Assembly (NCBI GenBank): GCA_013239625.1
Contig: MU053652.1
Location: 7,369,902-7,433,901 of the forward strand
Length of the DNA: 64,000 nucleotides
Direction: 5' to 3'
Origin: Lama guanicoe
Lineage: Eukaryota
Each line of letters starts with the position of its first letter. Position 1 is the stretch's first letter. The position numbers and the translations under genes are program-made. Of this stretch, positions 51,060 to 64,000 are shown piece by piece. The notes under the pieces were generated by a model, which worked only from the letters and a program-made list of their open reading frames with translations, did no database searches and was not told the DNA's origin.

Positions 51060-53450
51060 TACTGTTCAATGTTTTTGAAAACTCTCCATATGCCAGGCAC
51101 TGTGCTCAATGCTAAGGACTTAAGTATAAGTAAGATATGCTGCCCATCATTCCCAATGAGCATGTGAATTATTCAGAGATGGAGACACACAAATAGACTA
51201 GCAATTCTAATACAACGTGATAAGTAAACTTTATATACAAAACTCTACTAGAGCTCACTCTAGAGGAAGAAAGGAAGTTGTTATTATTATTATTCTTTAG
51301 AAACTTAAAGGGAGTCCAAGAAAATGGTTATTTAGTGAAAGAAAGGGCCTCCTGGGTGGATGGTAGAGGGACATTCTAGACAGGAGTTCTCTGAAGCTGC
51401 AGGAACAGCTTTTACAACAAAATGGAGTCATGAGTACACAATTTAATGAGAAAGAAACAAGTTCACGTTGGCCGGAGTGCAAGGTGCACTTGGAAAAGGA
51501 AATGGCAGGAACTGAGACTAGAGAGGTAAATGGGAGCTTGATAATGAAAAGTACTGAATATTTTTCTAAGGAATCTGGGCTTTTTCTGAAGGCTAGGAGA
51601 GGGTGGTGGTCACTGGAGGATTCAGAGCAGTGCACTGACACGCACAGATTTTCATTCAGGAAGATCACTCAGCTAGATATGCAGAAACAAGAGAAGTGGT
51701 TGGGAGCTGGATTATGCAGCGTCCCCTCAGCCATCGTAAGTGCTTTGGCTTTTATTTTGACTGAGATGGAGAGACTGAGTGGAAGAATGACATAATCTGT
51801 ATCATTTTTCAAAGGATACTTTTATCTCCTTGTAGAGATAGACTACATGGGTGAAGACATCAGGACATCAGGTAGGAGACTAATGCACTTGTCCAGCACA
51901 GAGGTGTTGGTGGCTTAGACAAGGATTGTGGTAACGGTGGAGGTGTGAGGAGTCTTTGTTTCGGGATATACTTAGAATGCAGAGCTGAGAGCATTTGCTC
52001 CTGACTTTAATAGGACTGAAAGAACAACTTCAAGGTTTTTGGTCTAAACAGTTGGAAGGCTGGAGGTGCTATTCCTTGAGATGTTCAAGAGACACTCTCA
52101 GGGAAGGGGGTGGTGATGTCATGTGTGCTGCTCTAACTATGTTAAGCGGAGATGCCTGTAAGCATCCAAGTGGAGGTTGTGGGTAGAGAATTACATTTAT
52201 GAGACTGTATTTGGAGGAGAGATCTAGGAGGGAAATAAAGACTTGGAAATTGCCAGCATATAAATTTATTTTAAAGCATGGAGAAGGATAATATTCCTGG
52301 GCAATGAGTGTTTATTGGGCTGATGAGTCAGAGAACTAAGCATTGTGACACTCCCACATTTGGTGGTTGGAAATAAAAAGAGGATCTGGCAAAGGAGCAC
52401 GAGAAAGAGTAGCTAGTGTTACTGCCGGGGGAGAACCACATGTTCCACAAGTCAAACGAGGAAAATGTATCAAAAAGGAAAGAGTGGAACTCTTTTGTAT
52501 TCAGTGCTATTGATAGATGGAGGAAGAGAAGAAATGAGAAGAAACCACTTGTTTTTAAACTTGTAGATTATTTGTGACCTTGGCCGTAGCAGTTTGATAA
52601 TGTGTTGGGGACAAAAGCCTGATTGAATTTGGTTCAGGACAGAACTGGAAAAAAGTCGAAAAAGAGAGAATGGGGAAAGAAAAAGTAGAGATAGAAGAAT
52701 TTTGTTCTAAAGATAAGGGAGAATAGGGACAGTGGAGGGAGGGTTATGTGGGGTCAATGGAGAGGTGGTAGTTTTTAAGATGGAAGATAATAAAGCTTGT
52801 TTGTATGTTAATGATCCTGTCAAGAGGCAAACTTGATAATGCAGGAGATAGAAACGATTAAAGAGCTTGAGTAATCAGATGATGTGAGAGCTACTGTAAA
52901 ATAGAATTTAGTATTAGAAAGAAGCTTGGACAAATTTATCCATGGCAACAAGAGGGAAAATGTATATGAGTACACAACAAGTGTATTGATAGAATTAGAC
53001 AATGGAAAAAGTACAGATGATAAATGATGACCTACATTAAGTTATTGCATGGAGATGGAAGTGTTCAGACTCAGAAGATACTTGGAAAGCAGTATGGGTA
53101 GAACTCAGTGCTTATTTTGATGTGGAAGGTGAGAAAGAAATCTGCTAAAACCATGTAATAAATTGATCATCCAGCAAGTTAAAATTCAAGTAGCTTAATC
53201 GGAGCAAAAGGTAAAGATTTCTGAGTCTTTAATTATAGAAGACAGAGACAGACTAATGGAGGATAGATTGTTTTTTTCATATGGGAATGTGTTACACATA
53301 CTGTGTTCAGAAGCACGAGTCAGTTGAAAGAACAAGATTCAGGGCAGAAAGAGTGGATAAAAGAGTAGAGAGGTCAGAATTTTAAAAGCCCAGTTTAAGA
53401 GCCCAGATGGCTGTATAATACTTGACTAGAGGGAAGGAAGCCACTGCCTT
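51060..53450 (-). mobile_element. Long L2 region, several fragments
   Basis: 'atgccaggcactgtgctcaatgct', 'ggaagaatgacataatctg', 'aagcatccaagtggagg' and other purine-rich L2 signatures. Confidence 0.75.
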
Positions 53451-53839
53451 CTGAGGTTATAAAGACTTTAAGAGGGTAGATACACATGTATGTTTAGTGG
53501 GGAGAGAAGTAGGGCCTTAGGACGGTAGTTCCTGACTTACAGTTTCAAGTCTTCTTTTATCATGGACCATGGATGGTGGGACAAAGACACCCTGAGGAGC
53601 ACGGGGTGGCTGGGTGCATGGTGTAGTCTCTCTGGGAAGTGCTAGGAGGAGCAAACCAGGTGGAAATGAGAGACTGCAAATTTGTAATGATCTCAGTCTG
53701 TATAACTCTGTGGCCATTTTTAACAGGACTCACAGGCTAGGAATACTAATGGAAAAATTGATGGGGGTGAGGGTTCCTGTGGATGAGGATTTTAAGAATA
53801 ACAGACATACAGGCATATAGAGGAGGAAACGAGTTACTA

Positions 53840-54193
53840 TGTTACCAATTACTAACTTAAATGCCATGGTATAACAGACACAGTTCTGAGTATCTGACAA
53901 GACCTTAACACACATTTCTGAGCCAGTAGTAAAATCACCTCAATAGTCATGCTCAGAGGATGTAATTTGGCCCTTTCCTGGCCTCAGCTAGTTGTTCAGA
54001 GAAAGATACCAGGTTCAGAGGGAACTCATCCAGAGGGTAGGTAATGCAGAATAATCTCTACATCTCCAGATCAACTGATAAGCAAATGTAATTGCATCTT
54101 CAGCCTTAACTTTCCTTTGCCATGTCAGATAACATAGTCACAGGTTCCAGTGATTAGGATGCAGATATCTTGGGGGATAATTTGCCTACCTCA
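53840..54193 (-). mobile_element. MLT1C/D-like LTR fragment
   Basis: 'aacatagtcacaggttccagtgattaggatgcagatatcttggggg...tgcctacctca'. Confidence 0.55.
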
Positions 54194-55910
54194 CCATCAT
54201 AACATGACTACTAGCAGAAATCACCCTGCTACTTTATCTTGTAAAATCGAATAAAAATATGATTCTACAGCATGTGGACATTCTCATGTACTTTCCAAGA
54301 TCCCTACAAATTTTTGTAGAACTTATATTTTTATGTTATCTCTAGTGCTGAGTTATATTTCTACTAAAATAACCCTCAGTTCCACTCTTTCTGTTTTTAT
54401 TTTGTACCATGCCAGACAAAATGGGAAATGCAGTTTTTGGAATTTGGGGTGGGATTGCAGGGGAGAAGCAGTAGGTAAAATTAAGCAAGAATGTCAGTCT
54501 CACGAAGCTTTTGGATATAGGAGACTTTACTGACGATTTAGTAAAATGTAAGACAAGTTGGCATAATGGTGGCAATTATGTAGCCAATACCAAATATTTT
54601 AAAATTGAACATCCCTAAGTTTTAAAAATTCTTTCATTCACCCCATACCCAGGGCTTTTTTTCCATTGACAGTATTGTCCTACAAAGGCTGCTTGGGTTT
54701 TGGAAATCTACTAGGGCTTTTCCTTTCTTCTCATTCCTTTCTCCCTTTGCAATTAAAAACAATTAAAAAAAACAAAAAGAAAAGAGAGAAAGAAAAAGAA
54801 AGCGTTCCTACCTCTCTTTTTATTTTGCTTTTCCTAATACACCTGTTCCAAGGCTAGGTGTTTTATACCGAAATTATTAGGAAGTACAGGTAAAGGGATT
54901 CTCAGATATTACAGTCAAGCTTTAAACATGTAAGTGATAGATCTTTGAGGTTCTAAAAGTCTCCAGTTCTGAGTTACTTTGCTGCTGCTCTAACAACCTT
55001 CGTAATTTCAACTGTTGATCAAGGTCAGTATAATAATTGTAGTAGATCTTCTGCTGGAAATATTTAAGACAAAGGATAATTTCACTCTTCTTCCTGTGTG
55101 GAGTGCTAGACACTATATTTAGCTATATGTATAACTGACTTACTGTACTTTCTGTGTTCTTGAGTATTGGAACAAAAATTGCATCTTTATAAAGCACTTC
55201 ATGTTACAAAAATACAGTGTAACTTAAAAATGACATTAAATACTTGATGTACAGAAGGCAATATTTTGAAGGAAGTTTTATCCTTGTAAACATTTCTCTG
55301 TAATGAAATATTTCTATTGTTTGCATACTATAATTTCCATGTCAAGAAGTGTACTTAATGAAAATTGGGTAGAAAAAATTCAGAGTGATTACTATTCAAA
55401 ACGTTTGGATAATACAGAGTACTTAAGACTAAATTCATCATTGTTAAATTGCATTCTAACTACAAGTAAGAAAATGCATATTTTGTGAATGGCAGTGGGT
55501 TAGTTGGGAGAAGGGTATGTGATTATAACCATACATGTTGCCTCAGCAGGTCATATAATCTCTTTCAATAACCCACTATTAATACTCATTTCTATTTTTA
55601 AGAAGCTGTCTTTATTTCTGTTGTTTGATACTCCCAGGGAATTCTGTCATGTTATTGAACCTTTATTAGAATTTTAGTATTTGGTACTTGGTACTTGGTA
55701 TTTGGCACTATCGTTATTGGTAACATAATCATATGATGTTAAAGTTTCAGCATGAACAGTACTCCCAGAACTTCAAAAGAATCAGAATCAGCCTTCTCAG
55801 GAGCCGTCCACAGGCCTAGACCTGAGTGAAACAATCCTGGACAATAGTGAGAAGTTGGAAGTTTGTCTTTGCCATCCAGCTTTCTCTTTTCCCCAGGACC
55901 CCCCCCCCCC

Positions 55911-56692
55911 NNNNNNNNNNNNNNNNNNNNNNNNNNNNNNNNNNNNNNNNNNNNNNNNNNNNNNNNNNNNNNNNNNNNNNNNNNNNNNNNNNNNNNNNNN
56001 NNNNNNNNNNNNNNNNNNNNNNNNNNNNNNNNNNNNNNNNNNNNNNNNNNNNNNNNNNNNNNNNNNNNNNNNNNNNNNNNNNNNNNNNNNNNNNNNNNNN
56101 NNNNNNNNNNNNNNNNNNNNNNNNNNNNNNNNNNNNNNNNNNNNNNNNNNNNNNNNNNNNNNNNNNNNNNNNNNNNNNNNNNNNNNNNNNNNNNNNNNNN
56201 NNNNNNNNNNNNNNNNNNNNNNNNNNNNNNNNNNNNNNNNNNNNNNNNNNNNNNNNNNNNNNNNNNNNNNNNNNNNNNNNNNNNNNNNNNNNNNNNNNNN
56301 NNNNNNNNNNNNNNNNNNNNNNNNNNNNNNNNNNNNNNNNNNNNNNNNNNNNNNNNNNNNNNNNNNNNNNNNNNNNNNNNNNNNNNNNNNNNNNNNNNNN
56401 NNNNNNNNNNNNNNNNNNNNNNNNNNNNNNNNNNNNNNNNNNNNNNNNNNNNNNNNNNNNNNNNNNNNNNNNNNNNNNNNNNNNNNNNNNNNNNNNNNNN
56501 NNNNNNNNNNNNNNNNNNNNNNNNNNNNNNNNNNNNNNNNNNNNNNNNNNNNNNNNNNNNNNNNNNNNNNNNNNNNNNNNNNNNNNNNNNNNNNNNNNNN
56601 NNNNNNNNNNNNNNNNNNNNNNNNNNNNNNNNNNNNNNNNNNNNNNNNNNNNNNNNNNNNNNNNNNNNNNNNNNNNNNNNNNNNNNNNNNNN
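55911..56692. other. Assembly gap (782 N)
   Basis: Run of N preceded by a C homopolymer. Confidence 1.
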
Positions 56693-57199
56693 ATATGTGT
56701 ATTTATACAGTTATGAATATTTTCATAGGGTCATCCTAGTGTGTTGCCTTAACTACTGGACCAGTTGTTTAAATAAATGTAAGTCAATTTAAATGCTTTA
56801 AACATGCTTTTGATGTGTTTGTTTATTTCTGCATTTTGTCTGTGTATTAGACACCTGTGAGGACCTAGAAAGTCATGTGGATGCTCCTGAGAAAAATGCT
56901 CGTTTGCCTAAAATACTGTGTTTAGATATCCCCAAAAACCTAACTTTATACTGCAGGTTGAAAATCTCTGAACGAGAGGACTGTGGTAAGGGAGTGATCT
57001 AAATAATATCACAAGCATTTGTTAACAATTTTAAGAGAAATCATGGATTAATTTCACATAAAACAAAAGTTTTAAAAATTAGAATGAATTGTTGAGAATT
57101 ATTCACTACCAATAAAAGCATACATTGCAAGAGGCTATGTAAGTGAATATATGACCTTTGCCAGTTTATTTAATAAATTTTTTCTTACGATCTAATATT

Positions 57200-58800
57200 C
57201 TTTTAACAAACATTTATTAAGCACCTACTATGTGTCAGACACTATTCTGGATACTGAAGATACCTCAGAAAGTAAAACAGCCAAAAATACCAGCTCACGT
57301 GGAGCCTCCACTCTTGTGGACAGAGAAAAACAATTAAATAATAAGTAAGTTGAATAGTATTAGGAATTAATAAGCGTTATGGAGAAAATACGCAGGAAAA
57401 TCAGAGAATACCAGATATTGGGGTTTTCAATTTCAAATAGTTGAACCAGGGCTCACTGAGGAGACATTTGGACAAAGACTACCAGAGAGTGAGAGAGTGA
57501 GCCACATGAATATCTGGGAGGAGCGCATTCCAGGCTGAGGGGACAAGAAGTGCAAAGGCCCTGGGGCAGGAGTGTGCCTGGAGTCTTCTCAGAACATCAA
57601 GGAACAGTTGTAGCTGGAGTGCGTCACCTGGTGTGAGAGTAGGAGGTAAGTCAGAGAAATAATGAGAAGTTGGATCATGTAAGAATAAGGCCTTGAAGTT
57701 CATTGTAAGAATTTTGACTTTTACTCTGGGAGGTAATGGAGGGTCTGAGACAAGAAATGGCATAATCTGACCTACATCTTAAGCAGGATCTTTTTGCTGT
57801 AATGTTGAGATTAGACTGTAGCAGCATAAAGTGGAAGCAGAAGAGACCAGTTAGGCAAGAGACGATGGTGACTAGGACTAGGGCGGCAGCAGTGGTGGTA
57901 ATGAGAAATGGTCAGTATCTGGATATACTTTGAATTAAAGCCAGTATTTGGCTGTCTGATGGAGAGGAATCAAAGATAACAACAAAGGTTTTTTAACTGA
58001 GCCAATGGAAGGATTGGATTGCTATTGAGAGGGAAGTCTGATAGGAGAGCAGGATTGTGTAGATTAGAGACTTATTTTGGAAAGGTTAAGTCAGAGAAGC
58101 CAGCTAAGAGGTGAAATCAGATAGGAAGTTGGGTCTATGAGTCATGACGTTAGCAGGGCAGTCTTGATTAGAGATGTGAATTTGAGTGTCACCAGCGTGT
58201 GGACAGTGCTGACAGTCCTGGAATGGAGGAGGCCACCCAAGGAATGAGTGTAAAAGGAAAAAGGGAAAAGATGAGAGGCTTAATAACTGTGATTAAGAGA
58301 TTTGAAAAATGAGAAAAAAGAGGAAAAGGAAAGGAGGCTGAGTGTCTGCAAGACAGAAGGAAAACCAGGAGAGTGTGATGTCCTGTGAGCCATATTAAGA
58401 AATTATTTCAAAACAGATGAAGCACACAGCGTTATTGTGTTAAGTGTTGCTAACACGTCAAGTGAGATGCAACTTGATGGTAATCATTGGATTTGTAGAT
58501 GTGAAGGGGTGAGATTTGTAGGGTTGAAGGGGTGATGGGGACAGAGTCTGATTGAATATAAGAGAGTGGGAAGAGACTATAAACTTTTGAGCAGTTTTAC
58601 TCTCGAAGAAATGAGAGAAATAGAGTGGTCATTGGAGAGACAGAACCAAAAGTATGAATGTGTATGTGTATGTGTGCTTTAAGAAAGTGAAATAGCACGT
58701 TTGTATGTTGATGGAACGTTACAAAAGAATGCTTGTCGAGAGAAAGACTTCCTGGAGCAAAGCCCTTGAGCGACTACAAGGCTTGGGATCCAGTGTACAG
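57200..58800 (-). mobile_element. L2a-like element
   Basis: 'aacaaacatttattaagcacctactatgtgtcagacactattct', 'gtgcaaaggccctggggcaggagtgtgcctgg'. Confidence 0.85.
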
Positions 58801-59809
58801 GTGGGATCTCGTGTTTTCCACCTATCATGCTGGGAGCTTTCCTGGGAAACCTGTCGAGTAAATTCTCTGAGACTCAGAATTTGAGTAGTTTGCAAATGTA
58901 ATATAGCTGGTAAAGAGCAGAGCTGAAATTAAAGGTGTAGTCTATTTTCAATCCAGTGCTCTTTCCACTTTCCTATGGCTGGAGAGCCATCAAAATGGCG
59001 ACTTTAATGTGGTATTTAATTTTGTGCAAATGCATGGAGAAAAAGTACAGGAAATGTGCTACATGGGGTAAATGTACTGCTTACTCATTACCTAGGGCTC
59101 GGCTGGTACACTCTTCATGTTCTCTTGAGTTTTCTTATTTCTGCTTACTACCCTTTGGCCTCCAAAACGCATCTGCTCCTGCACAAGGCGGAGAAGGATG
59201 ATTCGACCAAAACATGATCTAAAAAGAGATTTACTGTGGGAAGAGCTCCAAATTAAAGGTTTTTTTCCCTCCTAGAATACCATTTTTAGATTTGATCAAT
59301 GGATATAATATGTTCTCTAATATAACAGTGGCATTTGAAAATGGATTCTATTTTGACCATAGGTTCGTAAGTCCTGTAGAGCTGAAAGAAATAATATGAA
59401 AAGCGATATTCTTGCAGGAAGATTTTAATGAGGACAATGTTAAACTTCACTCCCTGTGTGGGTCACTGAGCTTTGTTGTGGTCCCTCTTCATTTCTGATT
59501 TTTAGCCCGTGCATGTCAATGGTATTCTCAGAGTTTGGTCACTGATCCAGTGATCTCCAGGTGAGAGGATAGGTGCGAATCAGCATAAACTCAGTCCCAC
59601 AGCTGTCAGAGGTCAAAGGGCAGGACCTGTAGTTGATTGAGTAATAGTTCCTTTCCATATGCAAAGGTGGTATATTTATTCTTCTAAGAGTGCTGTCTGC
59701 CATACTACCAAAATTCTTAGTGACAAAACCCAGCACAGGAGTTCTTGAATGACCTCATCCCATGGAGACAAATTAGGATGAAGAGTGACTGAGTATTATT
59801 GTATTAGTT

Positions 59810-60080
59810 AACTTACTCATTCAACAAATATAATGAGCACTTCCTATATGCTACTTAGCTCTTCTCTACTGAAACGGTATCAGTGCACAAAACTGTTTAA
59901 AAAAAATCTCTGCTTTGTGTGGAGGTTACAGTCTACTGGGGACAGATAGATAATAAGTAATAAAGGTAATTGACAAGTAAACTTTATGGTATGTACAAGC
60001 TAATGTGTGCTATGGAAAACAAATACATCAAGGTAAGGGGGATTGAAATGGGGGAAATTATGTTAGTTTAAATCTTGTCT
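59810..60080 (-). mobile_element. L2 3' end
   Basis: 'ctcattcaacaaatataatgagcacttcctatatgc'. Confidence 0.75.
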
Positions 60081-61546
60081 TTAATGCTATTGCTCTTAAT
60101 AAGGACATGAATATTCTTACAGCAGCGAATTACTTCCAAATCAGCAGAAAGAGTTTTCTTATGTCTTACGTATAGTGTGTACTGTTTTTAGTCTGAAGAC
60201 AGTAGGACTGAATTCTGAGGCACAACAGCGGTGTGGGAATTAGATGAACTTAACTGTCACCCTTTGAAATTCTTGTTTCTGACAGGTCAAATATTTCAAA
60301 ATCTCTTGTTAAGAACACTTTGAGCATGTCCCTTTCTTGGGGACACTTTCATCTTTAATAATAACCAACTTAGAGAAAGTAGGACAGAGCAACTAGGATA
60401 TTTTGAAAACAACAAAGAAATAGATGCTTCATTGATAACTGCTTGGCACGCTGGAACCTCTGAGTATTTAAAAAGCATCAATTGTATTTCTAAAATTTGA
60501 GTGAGGTCACAGGCTAACAATACCATCCTGTGAAACTCTCATCATAAAACTAATGAAATTGAAAACTAGTGATATTTTACAGGGCAGTAAAAGGATGAAA
60601 GAGGATCAGGTAATTATTTCTGTATTTCCCCACACCCAATGCTTGTCAATGAGAAGCTCCGGGGGAGAGACTATCTTAGGCTATTTCTGCATCCCCAGAG
60701 CTGAGCACAGGACTTGACATAAAGTGTGTTTGTTCTCAGATGCTGAAGTTCCAAAGAATCACCCAAAATACTAAAAATATAGAATCTTGAGCTCTAGTGT
60801 ATGGAATATACTCATAGTGACTTATACTAACAAAATTTGTGTTCATGAAATTCAAATTTAAACCTGGCAACTCTAAGATATGATTAAAATTAAGAATGGC
60901 TGTCCCATGTATCTAAGGACAGATTTCATAGCTATAAGATAGTCATCTACTTAGATAACAGGGGTCTATGAATTAATTCAGTTTTCTATGGTTCCAAACA
61001 GACTAAACTCTTATGTGGCCCAGAAGTAGATTTGTTTATTTCCTTCTTTTCTGAGGCTAGAAATTAGCACTGGCTTCTCAGCTTGGAGGTAACTACGGTT
61101 AGTCCTATAGAGGAACTCAGTAGGTGAGTGTGACTAAATAAACATGATTAATCCTGGTGACATTATTGCAGCCTCGTTTCTCATATATGAGGATTATGTC
61201 ACGATAAAGGAAGGAAAAATCTAGCTATTTCAGTATATAAGTATTTGTGTTTCAATGAAAATTGCCAACTATCGACTTATTTGGATGGAAATCAGTGCTC
61301 TAACCACTCTTTAGTTCTTAATAATTCTCTTAAGGAAATGATCGTAAAATTTTCTGCAGGCCTAGCTGATTATTTTTTTTCCCTCAGGTATGCTCACCTT
61401 TCTTTCATTTTATATTTAAGCTGATTGATTTTTGTTGATTCTGCTCCACCATCAGGGGTTCCAAACAAACTAACCTTAAAAATTTGTGTCTATGACAGTA
61501 AGGAAAGGAAATGGTTCAAGATGCCCATAGAATTAGAAAAAGACGT

Positions 61547-62005
61547 TGTATTAGTTTCCTACTGCTGCATAAGAAATCACCACAAATCTACCAGCTTAAA
61601 ACAAACTCCATTTATTTTCTCACAGTCTCTGTGGATTGGGAGTACAGGCACAGCTTGACAGAGTTCTCTTCTTGGAGCTCAAGGCTGCAGTCAAAGTACT
61701 AGTTGGGGCTGAGGTCTCCTCTGAAGCTTGGCATCCTCTTCTAAGCTTACATGTTTGTTGGCAGAATTCATTTCATTGAATCTGTGAAATTCCTTAAGTC
61801 TAGAAAACAGAGAAAGTCTCAAACTTCTACTGTCTCTGACTCTTAGACTCTTTGAAAGGACTCACCTGATTAAGTCAGGCCCACCCAGGATAATTTCCCT
61901 TTGGATAATTTAAAATTTACTGGTTAAGGATCTTAATCACATCTGCAAAATCCCTTTATCTTTGCCATTTAATATAACATTATCACTGGAGTGACATCCC
62001 ATCAC
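61547..62005 (-). mobile_element. MLT1D/E-like LTR
   Basis: 'tgtattagtttcctactgctgcataagaaatcaccacaaa', 'gtcaggcccacccaggataatttccc', 'cttaatcacatctgcaaaatccc'. Confidence 0.85.
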
Positions 62006-62029
62006 CAAATTCTAATGTTTGGAAGAATT

Positions 62030-62400
62030 AATTGCTCATTTATATGTAGAATTAAAAAAAAAAGTCACAGATCGGTGGTGGCCAGAGATGGGTGGTGGGA
62101 GTGGGCGAAATGGATGAAGAGATCAAAAAGTGCAAACTTTCAGCTGTAAAATAAGTAAGTCAATAGGGATTTAATGTACAGCATAGTGACTATAGTTAAT
62201 ATTTAAATGTGTGTTGCATATTTGAAAGTTGTAAAGAGAGTAGATCATAAAAGTTCTCATCACAAGAAAGAATCTGTAACTGTATGGTGACAGATATGTA
62301 TGTACACACTCACTCTTGGAATATATACAAACATCAAATCATTACATTGTACAGCTGTAACTAATATAACAGTATATGTCAATTATACCTCAGTAAAAAG
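62030..62400 (+). mobile_element. L1MA-type 3' end
   Basis: 'aatgtacagcatagtgactatagttaat', 'agagagtagatcataaaagttctcatcacaag'; both flanks share TAATGTTT(T)GGAA. Confidence 0.85.
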
Positions 62401-63259
62401 TTATCTGCTATAATGTTTTGGAATATAAGCTTCTACAGTGTCCTACAATCTCAGAAAAACTTATTGCATATAGGTTACAGATAAAGACTGATAACTGATC
62501 ATTGATACTCTAGATAATTATGACTCCTCGGATATATAGTGAATACTGAGGGTTTTCTATCATAAATGTGGACATGATTTTGAGTCCATTTTTCTTAACT
62601 GTTAGAGAACAGGGTGATCCCAGCAAACTGAAAGTCTTGGCAACATTAAAAATGTTTAATCTGTGGGTTACATATGTTTCTGTCTGAGAGGAGAACAGTA
62701 ATTAGAAATTATCTTAGAATATATATCCAGACCTCCATCAAGGTAGGCCAGGAGAACATGGCTCATTCTGAAATGAGGGCAAGCAAGTAAACTTCAGGGT
62801 CATAAAACAAATGGACAAACAAAAACTGAAGCTTCTGGGAAAAAAAAAACTTAGAAATAATTTCATTGTATTTGCAAGTGGTTGTTGTCTGTGGCTTTCC
62901 CAACCCAGCAGCACAGTTCGCAATATTACTTATGCCAGCAAAATGCTGCCCTTCAGACAGATGGCAGTTTATTAGATTTTCAAAATTGCACTTTTTGTGA
63001 TAAAATCACCTCAGGCCTCAAGTACAAAAGAAATGACACGCGTTTATATGGGTTTGATTCAGAGATTAGAAGATGTGAAATATTAATGCAACATTCAACA
63101 CTGTCTGAATATGAATTTACACAAATTCAGCATAAGATTCCTTCTCTTTGTGGAAGGATTGGAATCATACAATAAACGTTCAGTCTGTCAAAATTAGGAA
63201 ACATTCTGGTGTTTGGTCCTCAGGTTGGTTGAATACGATGGTTAAGAGAGACGACAGGA

Positions 63260-63400
63260 GAAGCAGTATGTGGAAAGAACACCGAATTTGGAACCAAAAA
63301 TCCTTTCTTCCATTCCTGTCTGTGTCTTGTGTGGCCTTGGGTGAGTTATTTAACATTTTAAGTCCTCGATTTTCTCTTCAGTAAGATGGGGACAGCTTCG
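63260..63400 (+). mobile_element. MIR SINE
   Basis: 'tgtgtggccttgggtgagttatttaac...cctcgattttctcttcagtaagatgggga'. Confidence 0.7.
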
Positions 63401-63887
63401 CAAGTTGACTAGTTCAAGGGGTTTGCAAGTTACAAATTACCATTAATAGCCTGAGTTTTTATTTTCTAATGGTTTCAAGCTAGGTCCCATTCAAGTATTT
63501 TCTTCATAAAGAAGAGATGGTCAGAGCACACTGGGATATGATAATAGGTTTGTAGCAAAAAAAAAAAAAGTATCAAATGTAATCTGAGACCTTTGAAGGG
63601 TCTCCGCTGGTATCTATTCTCACTTCAGTCAAGCTCCTTCAGCCACAGGAGGTACCTGTCTGTGGAAAATCACTTAAATCAGCTTAAAATCTTTGTTCTA
63701 CATGAAAAAAGCATAAGATGAAATGGCAAGAAAGCTAAAGTTTGGGCAAAGATCTCTACTTCTTCCTTTCGTGTACTGAGGTCTTGCATTGAATAGTACT
63801 TCAAAGTTAGGCAGGGAAGATGTTATCCCAGTTATACCCAAGACGGAGCCTTCTTACAGAAACTTTGCTGGCAAAATATTTCTTCTT

Positions 63888-64000
63888 CTTTTTTTAATTT
63901 AGTCACAAAATTATGTAACCATTGCCATTGTCTTAATTCCAAAACATTTTGTCATTCCAAAAAGAAGTTATTGTTAGTAGTCACTCCCCATTCCCCACAT
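63888..64000 (-). mobile_element. L1MB-like 3' end, runs off the window
   Basis: 'taaccattgccattgtcttaattccaaaacattttgtcattccaaaaagaa...gtagtcactccccattcccc'. Confidence 0.7.

Noticed and set aside
55676..55710. 7-bp tandem TTGGTAY as a CRISPR-like or functional array
   Set aside because: Simple slippage repeat without spacers, in a eukaryotic genome.
55826..56792. Three ~300-aa ORFs
   Set aside because: Artefacts of translating through the N-gap.
60296..60526. 76-aa minus-strand ORF after a cag acceptor
   Set aside because: Weak pyrimidine tract, no recognisable homology, and no link to other exons.
62882..63175. 97-aa plus-strand ORF
   Set aside because: Non-ATG start, no splice support, and no recognisable protein.

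Overview
Mammalian nuclear genomic DNA: AT-rich, repeat-dense and apparently intronic or intergenic. I can identify no protein-coding exon with confidence, and most ORFs in the track lie in transposon relics, microsatellites or the N-gap (55911-56692). The repeats are L1, L2, MIR, MLT1, hAT and Tigger relics; I saw no Alu, BovB/Bov-A, PRE or SINEC. The youngest L1 3' ends look cetartiodactyl, probably camelid (recognised from memory, not searched). Two elements stand out. (1) The only CpG island (~40.65-41.33 kb) lies entirely inside an orphan minus-strand L1 5' UTR followed by about 32 decayed ORF1 codons. It ends just past a perfect plus-strand CAG|GTGAGT splice donor, suggesting an exapted L1 antisense promoter or first exon. 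(2) A full-length U6 snRNA copy is fused to an old L1 3' end (U6/L1 chimera, ~28.99-29.24 kb). Weaker candidates are a promoter-like motif cluster at ~25.2 kb, a MYB-motif cluster at ~50.25 kb, hairpins at 4.4-7 kb and a few unassigned exon-like segments. Repeat family names and boundaries are by-eye estimates and need RepeatMasker/Dfam confirmation.
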